DNA of 64,000 nt from contig OZ242326.1 of assembly GCA_965208325.1 (NCBI GenBank), forward strand, positions 2,688,001 through 2,752,000, given 5' to 3'. Positions within the stretch are counted from its first letter, which is position 1, and every line of letters starts with the position of its first letter. Origin of the DNA: Candidatus Poribacteria bacterium. GTDB lineage: Bacteria > Poribacteria > WGA-4E > PCPOR2b. A model generated the notes under the pieces. That model did no database searches, was not told the origin of the DNA, and saw only the letters and a list, made by a program, of their open reading frames with translations. The position numbers and the translations under genes are program-made. Shown here in pieces: positions 48,068 to 57,675 of this stretch.

Positions 48068-48784
48068 ATGTCTAAATCTATCGAATCACAACGCACGCAA
48101 TGGGAAGAAGAAGGCTATCTTGTATTTGATAACGCTATTCAAGGTGAGGACTTGGCGCGGCTTCAGCACGCCTTCGACTACTGGGCTGATCAGTGCAAAT
48201 CCGACTGGCTAATGCGCGTCGAAGCTGGCGAAGCCGTGAGCACATTTTATGACATACCGGGGGTTTTCGAAAAGGACGAAATCTTCGTAGATTTGGTCGA
48301 CCATCCCAGCTACTACCCCTATCTCAAGGCGGTTACGGACGAGGAGGTAATTTTCATGTCACCGCAAGCCCGAACCGTCCCGGCATGGCCAGTGACTTAC
48401 TCCGGCTGGCACCCCGACGTACCCCACACCCATCCGCTGCACATCAAGGTTCAGGTCTATGTGAACGACGTAGAACCCAAATGCGGCGAATTTGCCTTCG
48501 TGCCGGGCAGCCACAAACCGGACGCGGGACCCTATTCCAAAGTGCACCGGTTGGAAAGCATGCCCGGCCACAAAACCTTTCCCGGCGGTGCGGGTACCGC
48601 CATCATGTTTAACTCCTACGGATGGCATGCCGCTATAGATAACCCTACAGGCACGCCCAGAAAATCCGTCATACTGATCTATGAGAAATACACCCCGAAC
48701 CGTGTGTCACCGGGTGCCCATGCCTCCATCGCTCACTTCTGTACGACACCGGAGCGTCGAAGACTCTTCAGCCTGGGGGAGTGA
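48068..48784 (+). CDS. PhyH-family Fe(II)/2-oxoglutarate dioxygenase
   Basis: EEGYLV, WHPD (HxD), FVPGSH, GWHA, PRKS. Confidence 0.9.
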   Translation: MSKSIESQRTQWEEEGYLVFDNAIQGEDLARLQHAFDYWADQCKSDWLMRVEAGEAVSTFYDIPGVFEKDEIFVDLVDHPSYYPYLKAVTDEEVIFMSPQARTVPAWPVTYSGWHPDVPHTHPLHIKVQVYVNDVEPKCGEFAFVPGSHKPDAGPYSKVHRLESMPGHKTFPGGAGTAIMFNSYGWHAAIDNPTGTPRKSVILIYEKYTPNRVSPGAHASIAHFCTTPERRRLFSLGE

Positions 48785-49683
48785 TGCCGCGAATTGACTC
48801 ACACGTTCACGTTTTTGCCAAGCCATCCGCCGAGTTTCCGCGAGAAACCGATGCGCTAGCGCCGGCGGAGTTGGAAGCGCCGGTCGAAAACCTTCTCGCC
48901 GAGATGGACGCGCACCGGGTTGACCGTGCAATTCTTGTACAGTTGGGCGGCGAGGAAATTGAACACCACGCATACCTGCTTCACTGCTTAAAGACCTACC
49001 CCGACCGTTTTCTTGGCATCGGCACGATTCCCGCGGACATCTCTGACCCGGCGCCGCATATGGATAAATTGTGTCAGGAGACAGGGATTATCGGCTTTCG
49101 GCTCTTCTCGATTGGAGGACCTAAGGACCCTTTTGCTCAAATAGATGTCCGGAAATTCAGAACCTATCGTATCTGGGAACATGCGGCGGCGCAGGGCTAC
49201 CTAATCTCGCTTTACGCACGAGCAGTTGACGCGCACCTAATCCCCTATTTACTGGAAGCGTTTCCCCAGCTTAGAATCGCCATAAACCATCTCGGGGTTT
49301 GTCCCGGCAAAGGGAAATTCTCCATTGACGCAAAAGGGCGCCCCCACGTCGAAACACCGATGTACAATCCGGCATTTCATACCACCCACCGGCTTGCCCG
49401 ATATGAAAACGTGATGCTCCAGTTATCCGGCCAATACGCCTTCAGCGCGGAAGCCTACCCCTATCGAGACCTTACCGGATGGCATCAACATATCATGGGC
49501 ATTTACGGTGCGGCGCGTCTCATGTGGGCGAGCGATTTCCCATGGATTCAGAAAGACCCCGGTTACGGTCAACTCACAAATATCATTAAGGAACTTTTGC
49601 CCAATCTATCCGACGTTGAATACGATGACATCATGGGTGGCACTGCAACGAGGTTTTTCCAATTTGCAGATTGTCGGCTATAA
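48781..49683 (+). CDS. amidohydrolase_2 family metallohydrolase
   Basis: IDSHVHV, INHLG, LMWASDFP; start 48781 or 48784. Confidence 0.9.
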   Translation: MMPRIDSHVHVFAKPSAEFPRETDALAPAELEAPVENLLAEMDAHRVDRAILVQLGGEEIEHHAYLLHCLKTYPDRFLGIGTIPADISDPAPHMDKLCQETGIIGFRLFSIGGPKDPFAQIDVRKFRTYRIWEHAAAQGYLISLYARAVDAHLIPYLLEAFPQLRIAINHLGVCPGKGKFSIDAKGRPHVETPMYNPAFHTTHRLARYENVMLQLSGQYAFSAEAYPYRDLTGWHQHIMGIYGAARLMWASDFPWIQKDPGYGQLTNIIKELLPNLSDVEYDDIMGGTATRFFQFADCRL

Positions 49684-49702
49684 GATACCCCCCTGATAAG
49701 GG

Positions 49703-51356
49703 CTTACTATTACCCACAAGTCTTCGGAGGTAGTGGTTTTCTATGTTAGTGCTAAGAACTATCGTTCAATTCGACACTGTGAAAAAGGCGAAAGGTGTCA
49801 GAAATATCTCTTAACCGCTGCCACCCTCGCCAGATAACAGTCACCCCAGGCTCACCGTCGGACCTGCGCGCTAAAAAACCACCGAGCTTGGCAATCCAAA
49901 TCACTACCTCAGAAACGGTAGGAATTTGCTTGGGCAAAGTGCTACGCCGATGAGACACACAATAGAGCGCTTTCCACTCATCAGATGTTAGCACACACCT
50001 ACAATCCGCAGTCGGGGCATGGCGGTTCATCATCGTCAGCCAGTACAACCGCCACGCAATCACACTGGTTAGCGCAAAGTATCGTAAAAGCCGACTTTTA
50101 GTTTGCAGACGGCACGATTCGATTTTGGTGCCGGATTTGAGGACCTTGAAATAGACTTCAATTTGCCATCTTAAACTGTACCAACGTATTCGTTCCAGAG
50201 CGTCCGAAAAATTGGCCACTTCTACATTCGTGATTAACAGCCATTCAATCGGGGTTGCCCTCGCGGGTGGATTCACCTCTGCTACCCAGATGACATTCAC
50301 CTCAATTGCAGGTAGATTTGGCGATTGTGACGCCTGCGAACGATAGGGAGGAACCAGCGTCGTTGCCGTAAAATGAACACTGACCGTAGCCTCACGAGAT
50401 GCTTGGTTCCCACGAGCGGGTACCTTAACAACTAGCATACCGGAAGCAGGTTGACTTTTGACCAAGGGATTGAGTTTACCCAGCTCATCATCAACAATTC
50501 GATTCTGAACCGCTCGAATCACGAAGGGTGTGTCTTGTGATTCAACAAAAAATTCATAAATATCGGCTTCACGGTCACAGATGGAAATTACCTCAACCCC
50601 TGCTGGAGTTTGCGCTTTGATTTCATTTAACGCTTCAATCCATTTGTAACTCTCTTTTTCAGTCAGTGGCGGATTGGTTTTGCGAACGGTTTGCTCGGAA
50701 TCTTCCCGGACCCAAACTTTATCCGTGAGTCACCCCAATGGCAATCCCGACTCAGTGAGCACTAGCGTCGTGTGTTTGACAAACCCGTAGATTTGCTGCG
50801 ACTTTGTCCCAATTGGACCTAAGCCCTCGGTCAACGGGTGATGCGTGTAATTCAGATAGGTCGTATCCTGTACTGCAAAAACACGTTGATGTTCACTCAT
50901 TCGTTCAACAGTACGTTGAAAGTGAGGCACTAGAATTTTTTCTGCTGTGACCTTCTGGTTATCAAATAAACGATAAGCTGCTTTTGTGGCTGCCCAATCA
51001 CCACAGGCAGCGTTGATGGAGGATTGCGGATAGCCTGATAATTCTTCGGCGACATCAATCAGTCGCTCAGTGAGACGTTTATCTCCCAAATGAATCGTCC
51101 CAAATTCTTGGCGACTCCAAGGGAGCTTGAACTCATCATGGTTTGAAGGCATAGTTGACTCCAATTTCGTAGTGAGGTCGTTATGATTTTCGGTAACCTA
51201 GCCCCTCGAATTTATCACATTTGCTTTCGCCAAGCAAATACTGATTCTCGATTCCGATATGTTACCCGCCTAACTTGCACGCAATCATGTTAGGCAAATA
51301 AGAGACGCAAAAAAACGCTCACCTTCCAGATTACATGACTTGTGGGTAATAGTAAG
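49703..51356 (-). mobile_element. IS4-family (IS50/Tn5-like) insertion sequence
   Basis: perfect 20-bp IRs CTTACTATTACCCACAAGTC (49703-49722 and 51337-51356); flanking duplication CTGATAAGGG (49693-49702 and 51357-51366). Confidence 0.93.
49752..51164 (-). pseudogene. IS4-family transposase with a single in-frame TGA (50730-50732)
   Basis: GLPLG*LTDKVWVRE continues in frame; QDTT, CDREAD and YSLRWQIEVYFK (DDE/YREK) intact. Confidence 0.9.
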
Positions 51357-51378
51357 CTGATAAGGGGGGCTAGGGGGG

Positions 51379-51407
51379 TTGACACCTCTTATTGATTGGA
51401 TTAATAT
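51379..51407 (+). promoter_or_regulatory. sigma70-type promoter for the peptidase-amidohydrolase genes
   Basis: TTGACA-N17-TAATAT. Confidence 0.55.
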
Positions 51408-51458
51408 GTGTATTTTTTATTTCCAGTGGTTATAGCTGTATCACAGGAGGCAGAACTG

Positions 51459-52580
51459 ATGTTGACACAATCGGGTTGTCTCAATAGGCAACACAGATTC
51501 CGAGCGCGGCTCGCCGCAGAGAACATCGACGCAGCCGTGCTGACAGATTATCGCGACGTCTACTATTTCACGGGGATGCTCTCCGCTCAGTTTCCCATAT
51601 TCTTGCTCCTGGAAACCGGCGGCGGTTGTTGGCTGGTGGCGAACACGGATGACGGCGTGTCGTGTGTGGACGATTGTACCGCCTACGAATGGAACAAACT
51701 GGGCACGATGAATCCCAACATATTGGACGGCATGAATGAGGTCGTAGCGAAACGAATTCGGGATACCGGGGCAGTCAAACGGCTCGGTTGGCAAGCGGAG
51801 GCGATGCCGCACCTGCTCAGGCAAACCGTTGACAGCGGATTGCAGCCTGATGAATGGGTAGCCGTTGACAATCTGCTCAGGACGATGCAATCGTTAAAAG
51901 ATCCCGATGAGGTAGCGCTCATTCGAAATAGCATTCAAGCCGATCTGGCAGCGTATACCGCGGTGCAGAAGGCGATTTTACCGGGCGAAAACGAACTCGC
52001 CGTGCTGGCAGCCGGCCAACGCGGCGCCATGATTGGAGCGGGTGAGAAGGTCTTTCACGATGGCGACTATCAATGCGGGGTATTTAACGGTCCCGCCCGA
52101 AACCGAGTCATTGAGCAGGGCGAAATCTACATCGTTGATGCCTGGACCTGTTATCGAGGGTACTGGTCCGACCTCTCGCGCGCCTTCGTCGTCGGAGGTA
52201 CGCCGACCGACCTCCAGCAGTCCGTGTACGACCACATTGCGTCGGTTCAGCGAGAAGTACCTGCACTCTTAACACCGGGAACCGACGGCACAGAAGTGTG
52301 GCGCACACTCGACGCGCAAATCCGCGAACACCCGGTGCTAGCGGATACCGGTTTAGTTCATCACGGAGGGCACGCCATCGGTCTGCGCGCCCATGAAATG
52401 CCAGACCTCAACCGCGACCGCGGCGGCACGCTCGAAGTCGGCAACGTTGTCTCCGTAGAACCCGGAGGGTACGCGGACGCCCTGAACTACGGCGTGCGCA
52501 TCGAAAATATGTACCTCATCACCGAGTGGGGCGCAGAGAACCTGTCCGAGTATCCGATGGAAATTGTTCCGCGCGCGTAA
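51459..52580 (+). CDS. M24B (Xaa-Pro peptidase/creatinase-fold) metallopeptidase
   Basis: metal ligands D, D (VDAW...YWSD), H (GHAIG), E (VEPG), E (RIEN); ATG 51459 after AGGAGG. Confidence 0.9.
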   Translation: MLTQSGCLNRQHRFRARLAAENIDAAVLTDYRDVYYFTGMLSAQFPIFLLLETGGGCWLVANTDDGVSCVDDCTAYEWNKLGTMNPNILDGMNEVVAKRIRDTGAVKRLGWQAEAMPHLLRQTVDSGLQPDEWVAVDNLLRTMQSLKDPDEVALIRNSIQADLAAYTAVQKAILPGENELAVLAAGQRGAMIGAGEKVFHDGDYQCGVFNGPARNRVIEQGEIYIVDAWTCYRGYWSDLSRAFVVGGTPTDLQQSVYDHIASVQREVPALLTPGTDGTEVWRTLDAQIREHPVLADTGLVHHGGHAIGLRAHEMPDLNRDRGGTLEVGNVVSVEPGGYADALNYGVRIENMYLITEWGAENLSEYPMEIVPRA

Positions 52581-52601
52581 GAATGTTGAAAGGATTACGC
52601 T

Positions 52602-53963
52602 ATGGCAACTGATCTTGCCCATCACATTCAAGGTATATCTCTCGTGGACACCCATGAACACCTGCAGAAGGATAACGAGTGGGTGGAGAATGGACCCGAT
52701 ATCCTTCAAGACCTTTTTGGAAACTATGTTGCCGCAGACCTACACACGGCAGGCGCATCGCCCGAAGCCATGCAACGCCTGTTGAGCATCAACGGGCATT
52801 ATTCTTATGCAAACCCTTCAACGGGCGGTACGCCAGAATTGATGAACCCGTCCGGCGGCGGAATCGCAGCGCGATTCGAGGATATCCGAGAAGCGTGGGA
52901 AGCGTCGCAGTTCACTGGCTACGGCGAGGCTGTGCGGCTGATGGCAAAGGAAGTGTACGGAATTGAAGAAATCACGGGCGAAAACCTCGCAGCCGCGCAA
53001 GAAAAACTACAGGCGTTACGTCGCCCGGGTGAACGCTATCGGTTGCTGTACGAATTGGCTAACCTCGATCATGTCCAAATCGACGACTTCTGTTGGGCGT
53101 GCCTGCCCGATTACTCCGGACCCGACTTCTTCCTGTACGACTTGTCCTGGGTAGGGTTTTGCGAGGGACAGGTCAATGCCGAGCAAATCCACGCTGAAAT
53201 CGGTGTAGAGGTGAGCGGCTTGGCGTCGCTGAGACGGGCGATGGAGGCAATTTTCGAGAAGTGGGCGCCGTGCGCAATCGCCGTAAAATCCCAGCACGCC
53301 TACAGCCGAACCCTTAACTGGATCGAACGTACCGATGCGGAAGCCGCCGCTGCCCTCGAAACCGTGCTGTGCAAACCCGCTGAAGAGGTGAGCGTCGAAA
53401 CCCGCCTGTGCCTCGGTGATTGGTGTTGGGCGCGCGGCGTCGAATTGTCGGCCGAGCACAACCTCCCGTTCAAGATTCATACCGGCTACTACGCCGGCAA
53501 CGACCGCTTGCCCATAAGCCGAATTCCCGCCGGAAACATGTGCGCCCTATTCGCCCGCTATCCGGAGGCTAAATTTGTCCTGATGCACATCGCCTATCCC
53601 TACAGTGATGAGCTGGTCGCGCTCGCGAAGCACTACCGCAACATCTGGGTGGATCTCTGCTGGGCGTGGAGCATCGACCCGTATACCTCACGCGACTTTT
53701 TGCGGCGCTTTCTCCATGCGGTTCCGGCAAATAAGCTCTTCGCCTTCGGCGGGGATACCGGATGGCCAGCCGCAACCGTGGCTTACGCCATTCAAGCACG
53801 CCGCGAAATTCAACGCGCACTCGAAGCGGAAATTGACGAAGGGTACATGACCGAAAAGGACACCATGGCGATTGCAACGCGCATCATGCGGAGCAACCAG
53901 TTCTCCTGCTTCGATGTCGAAGGCACCCGCGCAAATATTCTTAAAGCGCACGCACTATTGTAG
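52602..53963 (+). CDS. amidohydrolase superfamily protein
   Basis: VDTHEH, AVKSQHAY, KIHTG, LMH, FGGD. Confidence 0.88.
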   Translation: MATDLAHHIQGISLVDTHEHLQKDNEWVENGPDILQDLFGNYVAADLHTAGASPEAMQRLLSINGHYSYANPSTGGTPELMNPSGGGIAARFEDIREAWEASQFTGYGEAVRLMAKEVYGIEEITGENLAAAQEKLQALRRPGERYRLLYELANLDHVQIDDFCWACLPDYSGPDFFLYDLSWVGFCEGQVNAEQIHAEIGVEVSGLASLRRAMEAIFEKWAPCAIAVKSQHAYSRTLNWIERTDAEAAAALETVLCKPAEEVSVETRLCLGDWCWARGVELSAEHNLPFKIHTGYYAGNDRLPISRIPAGNMCALFARYPEAKFVLMHIAYPYSDELVALAKHYRNIWVDLCWAWSIDPYTSRDFLRRFLHAVPANKLFAFGGDTGWPAATVAYAIQARREIQRALEAEIDEGYMTEKDTMAIATRIMRSNQFSCFDVEGTRANILKAHALL

Positions 53964-54104
53964 GCGGGGCATCTTGCCCCGCATGCTTCACATTGACGCC
54001 GTTAAATTCATAAAGCCTCAAAGACCATTGTCACACACTACACCCATCGTACGCGGGAAATCTTAACCCACTACAGCCGCCGTAGGCGGGGCATCTTGCG
54101 CCGC
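53960..54104 (+). repeat. two direct copies of a GTAG REP-like hairpin GTAGGCGGGGCATCTTGC(C/G)CCGC
   Basis: 53960-53982 and 54082-54104, 22/23 identical. Confidence 0.7.
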
Positions 54105-54163
54105 ACGCTTCTAATTTCTTCAATTTCGATCGAACAAATTTCTGATTTCTAACAGAGGAAAAT

Positions 54164-55228
54164 ATGCCAACATTTGCAGCAGACAAACTTAGAGAATTTT
54201 CAATAGATATATTTGAGGGCGTCGGGGTGCCCCATACGGAAGCGGAGATCGTCAGCGATCATCTCATTGACGCGAGTTTATCTGGACTAGATTCCCACGG
54301 CGTTCTTCGTATCCCCCAATACGTGAACGCAATCCGAGTGGAACGCAAAATCCTACCGGGCGCTAAGCTGGAAATCGTGCGAGACACGCCATCCGGCTTG
54401 CTCATCAACGGAAACTTCGGGTTCGGCCAGGTCGTGGCGCATGAGGCGATGGAATTGGCGATTCGTAAAGCGCGCCAGACAGCTATCTGCGCTGCCAGCG
54501 TATATAACTGCTTCCACACAGGCCGACTCGGCAGTTATACCGAGATGGCAGCGAATCAAGGGCTAATCGGGATGATGATGGTGAATGCGGGTGGATGCGG
54601 ACAGTGGGTTGCACCGTTCGGCGGCATTGCCAAGCGTATCGGAACCAACCCAATCTCAATCGGCGTACCCACAGGCGAAGGCGATCCAATCGTGGTGGAT
54701 ATCGCTACCAGCACTGCGCCCGAGGGAAAAATTCGCGCCCTGCACAACAAAGGCGCAAAAGTTCCCGAGGGGCTGATAATCGACCACGAGGGACAGCCCG
54801 CAACGAATACATCAGACTTCTATGGACCTCCGGCGGGGGCGTTGCTCCCATTGGGCGGGGCTCTCGGATACAAAGGAACTGGACTCGGCCTTATTGTCGA
54901 TATCATGGCGGGTGGCATCTCTGGAATTGGATGTTGCCGCCCTGACGCGCCGCAAGAACCCGACAGCGATGGCGTGTTCATGATTGCTATTGATATCCAG
55001 CAGTTCACGCCGTTGGATGAGTTTTACCCTCGCGTTACGCAACTGGTTGAGCACGTCAAATCCTCGCCGCCGGCGCCGGGCTTCAGTGAAGTGCTAGTGC
55101 CCGGCGAACCGGAATCGCGCCAGAAACAACACCGCACCGTACACGGCATCTCCGTCGATGAGAAAACATGGAGCCAAATCCGAGAAATCGCCGACGGATT
55201 AGACCTTGCGAGCCCCAATCCCCTGTAA
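54164..55228 (+). CDS. Ldh_2 family (type 2 malate/L-lactate dehydrogenase-like) oxidoreductase
   Basis: DSHGV, GFGQ, HTGRLG, GTNPI, DIATS, YKGTGL, PGEPE. Confidence 0.93.
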   Translation: MPTFAADKLREFSIDIFEGVGVPHTEAEIVSDHLIDASLSGLDSHGVLRIPQYVNAIRVERKILPGAKLEIVRDTPSGLLINGNFGFGQVVAHEAMELAIRKARQTAICAASVYNCFHTGRLGSYTEMAANQGLIGMMMVNAGGCGQWVAPFGGIAKRIGTNPISIGVPTGEGDPIVVDIATSTAPEGKIRALHNKGAKVPEGLIIDHEGQPATNTSDFYGPPAGALLPLGGALGYKGTGLGLIVDIMAGGISGIGCCRPDAPQEPDSDGVFMIAIDIQQFTPLDEFYPRVTQLVEHVKSSPPAPGFSEVLVPGEPESRQKQHRTVHGISVDEKTWSQIREIADGLDLASPNPL

Positions 55229-55352
55229 AATCAACCTTGAAAACATCTGTGGGAGGGGCTTCCCAGCCACGATTTTCTAGACAAGCATATCCCTCTGACA
55301 GATGAATTTGTTAACCGTAAATCCAAATTCAGGTACAACGGAGGTAAATTCC

Positions 55353-57248
55353 ATGAAAAAGACCTTGCTGTTAAGGGTCAGTCTCTTCGTCGTCTCTATT
55401 CTAATTTTGCGGTGCAGCTTTGCACAAGACTACACGCGAACGAATTTGCCTCAAGGTGCCTTTGCACGCCTCGGTAAAAGCGTAATAAATGACATCGCGT
55501 TTTCACCCGATGGGGCTCAACTTGCGGTGGCGAGCGATATCGGGATTTGGCTATATGATGCGTACACCGGCGCAGAAATTGCCTTGCTTACGGGACATAC
55601 AGATTATGTCAGTTGCGTAGTGTATTCACCAAGGGGCAACACGCTCGTGAGTGGGAGCGGAGACAATACGATTCGATTGTGGGATACAGTGACCGGATGG
55701 TATAAGGCAACCCTCGCGGGCCATACAGACGGAGTCAACTCCGTGGCGCATTCGCTGGATGGGAGCACGCTGGTCAGTGCGAGTTCGGACGGCACGATTC
55801 GGCTGTGGGATGCCACCACAGGACAGCACAAGCGCACTCATGGGGAACGTGGGAAGCCGGTCTTTTCCGTCGCGTATTCTCGACTTACGCACACCATAGC
55901 TAGTGGGTGTGTTGACGGTACGGTTCGGCTGTGGGATGCCACCACAGGGCAACTCAAACAGACTCTTGAGGGACATAGGTCGGGGGTTATGTGCGTAGTA
56001 TTCTCCCCGGATGGTGCAACGCTGGTAAGTGGAAGTGGTGACGATACAATTTGGCTCTGGGACGCCGCAACTGGACAACACAAGCATATGCTTCGGCAGC
56101 GTACGGGATCGAGCATGTCTGTGGCATATTCCCCAGATGGTAAGACACTAGCAATTGGAAGTATAGACACGATTCAGTTGTGGGATTCTATCACGTGGCA
56201 ACAAAAGCACACCTTTGAGACAACTGGTTGGGCTCACGTGAAATATTCTCCAGATGGTGGCACGCTTGCAATTGTGGAGGACTTCAGCCGGATTCGGTTG
56301 TGGGATGCCGCAACTGGACAACCCAAACCGATGCTTGCTACGCATATGGGTGGAGTTAACTCCGTAACATATTCTCCAGATGGAATGACATTAGCCAGTG
56401 GGAGTATTAACGGCATGATTCGCCTGTGGGACGCTGTAACCGGACGACTTAAGCACACCATAGAGATACCTGCGGATTTAGTTTATTCCGTGGTGTATTC
56501 ACCTGATGGAAGCATGCTGGCAAGTGGGAGTCACCGGGAGATTCATTTGGTTGATGCTGTGACGGGTCAACGCAGGGCTACGCTTGAAGGGCATAAAGGG
56601 CCAATTGAAACTGTCGCGTTCTCTCCAGACGGAAACACGCTGGCGAGTGGGAGTAAGGACGGAACCATTCGGTTGTGGGATACAATGACAGAACGACTCC
56701 GATGGCCCCTTGTGGGACACACGAGTTGGGTCACGTCTGTAGCATATTCTCCAGATGGAAGCACGCTTGCTAGCGGAGGCAATGACGATACGATTCGGTT
56801 GTGGGACGCCGTGACAGGACGACCTAAGGAAATATTATCCGGGTGGCGTTCGCACACCGAGCATATTACGTGCCTTGCGTATTCTCCAGATGGTCAGATT
56901 CTAGCGAGTGGTAGCTGGGACAAGACGATTCGGTTGTGGGAGGCTGCGACAGGCAAACACATACGAACCCTTAAGGGACATACTGGTTTAATCGCCTGCT
57001 TGGCGTATTCCCCAGACGGTGGTGTCCTCGCTAGTGGTAGTAGTCCAGGCTATAGGGACAATGACAATACAATACGGTTGTGGGACACCCAGACAGGACA
57101 ACACAAACGGACTATTGAAGGACATACCGGTGGGGTTAATTCCGTGGCGTTTTCGCCGGATGGAATTACGCTAGCAAGTGGAGGTACGGACGGAACAATT
57201 CTCCTATGGGATGTAGAGCCACTGGTGATAACCCCATCCTCACGCTGA
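55353..57248 (+). CDS. secreted WD40-repeat protein lacking the FlgD-Ig/CTD
   Basis: ATG 55353 after GGAGG; LPQGAFARLGK...SPDG..LAVAS.IGIWLYD N-terminal block; ends DGTILLWDVEPLVITPSSR. Confidence 0.93.
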   Translation: MKKTLLLRVSLFVVSILILRCSFAQDYTRTNLPQGAFARLGKSVINDIAFSPDGAQLAVASDIGIWLYDAYTGAEIALLTGHTDYVSCVVYSPRGNTLVSGSGDNTIRLWDTVTGWYKATLAGHTDGVNSVAHSLDGSTLVSASSDGTIRLWDATTGQHKRTHGERGKPVFSVAYSRLTHTIASGCVDGTVRLWDATTGQLKQTLEGHRSGVMCVVFSPDGATLVSGSGDDTIWLWDAATGQHKHMLRQRTGSSMSVAYSPDGKTLAIGSIDTIQLWDSITWQQKHTFETTGWAHVKYSPDGGTLAIVEDFSRIRLWDAATGQPKPMLATHMGGVNSVTYSPDGMTLASGSINGMIRLWDAVTGRLKHTIEIPADLVYSVVYSPDGSMLASGSHREIHLVDAVTGQRRATLEGHKGPIETVAFSPDGNTLASGSKDGTIRLWDTMTERLRWPLVGHTSWVTSVAYSPDGSTLASGGNDDTIRLWDAVTGRPKEILSGWRSHTEHITCLAYSPDGQILASGSWDKTIRLWEAATGKHIRTLKGHTGLIACLAYSPDGGVLASGSSPGYRDNDNTIRLWDTQTGQHKRTIEGHTGGVNSVAFSPDGITLASGGTDGTILLWDVEPLVITPSSR

Positions 57249-57275
57249 ACATGTCAAAGTGCAAAGCACCAGCTT

Positions 57276-57542
57276 TTGTAGGTTGGGTTAAGCGGATTAT
57301 CCCAAAAAAATATCTATGGTAAAATAACGCCAGAAACACAAAACCGCGCTCTTGGCAAAATACATAAAGCGTAACCCAACGCTTTTCGTATACCTAAACC
57401 ACCTCCACCCAACGACACACTTCCGAATTACCAAAAACGTTGGGTTACGCTACATCATACAAATTCGTTAACACAATCAAACCACGATACGCCCGCGGTA
57501 TAATCACACATTTCCCTAAACCCCGCTTAACCCAACCTACAA
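57276..57542. repeat. nested inverted-repeat (REPIN/MITE-like) element
   Basis: outer perfect 20-bp IR 57276-57295 and 57523-57542; inner perfect 14-bp IR 57368-57381 and 57438-57451. Confidence 0.75.
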
Positions 57543-57604
57543 GAAATTCCTCTCCCAACCGATGCAGATTTACACAAATTAGGCGAGACTCCAAAACCAC
57601 AGAA

Positions 57605-57669
57605 GGGCAACCACGAGGGTTGCCCCTACAAGGATTGCCTCAATGTAGGGGCAGGTCTTGTGCCTGCCC
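57605..57669. repeat. two GTAG-type REP hairpins in opposite orientation
   Basis: gggcaacc-acgag-ggttgccc-ctac (57605-57629) and gtag-gggcagg-tcttgtg-cctgccc (57645-57669). Confidence 0.65.
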
Positions 57670-57675
57670 AATACG

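Noticed and set aside
50730..50732. TGA recoding (selenocysteine or alternative genetic code)
   Set aside because: TGA ends many genuine genes here (rpe, def, ruvC); the position is non-catalytic and usually hydrophobic
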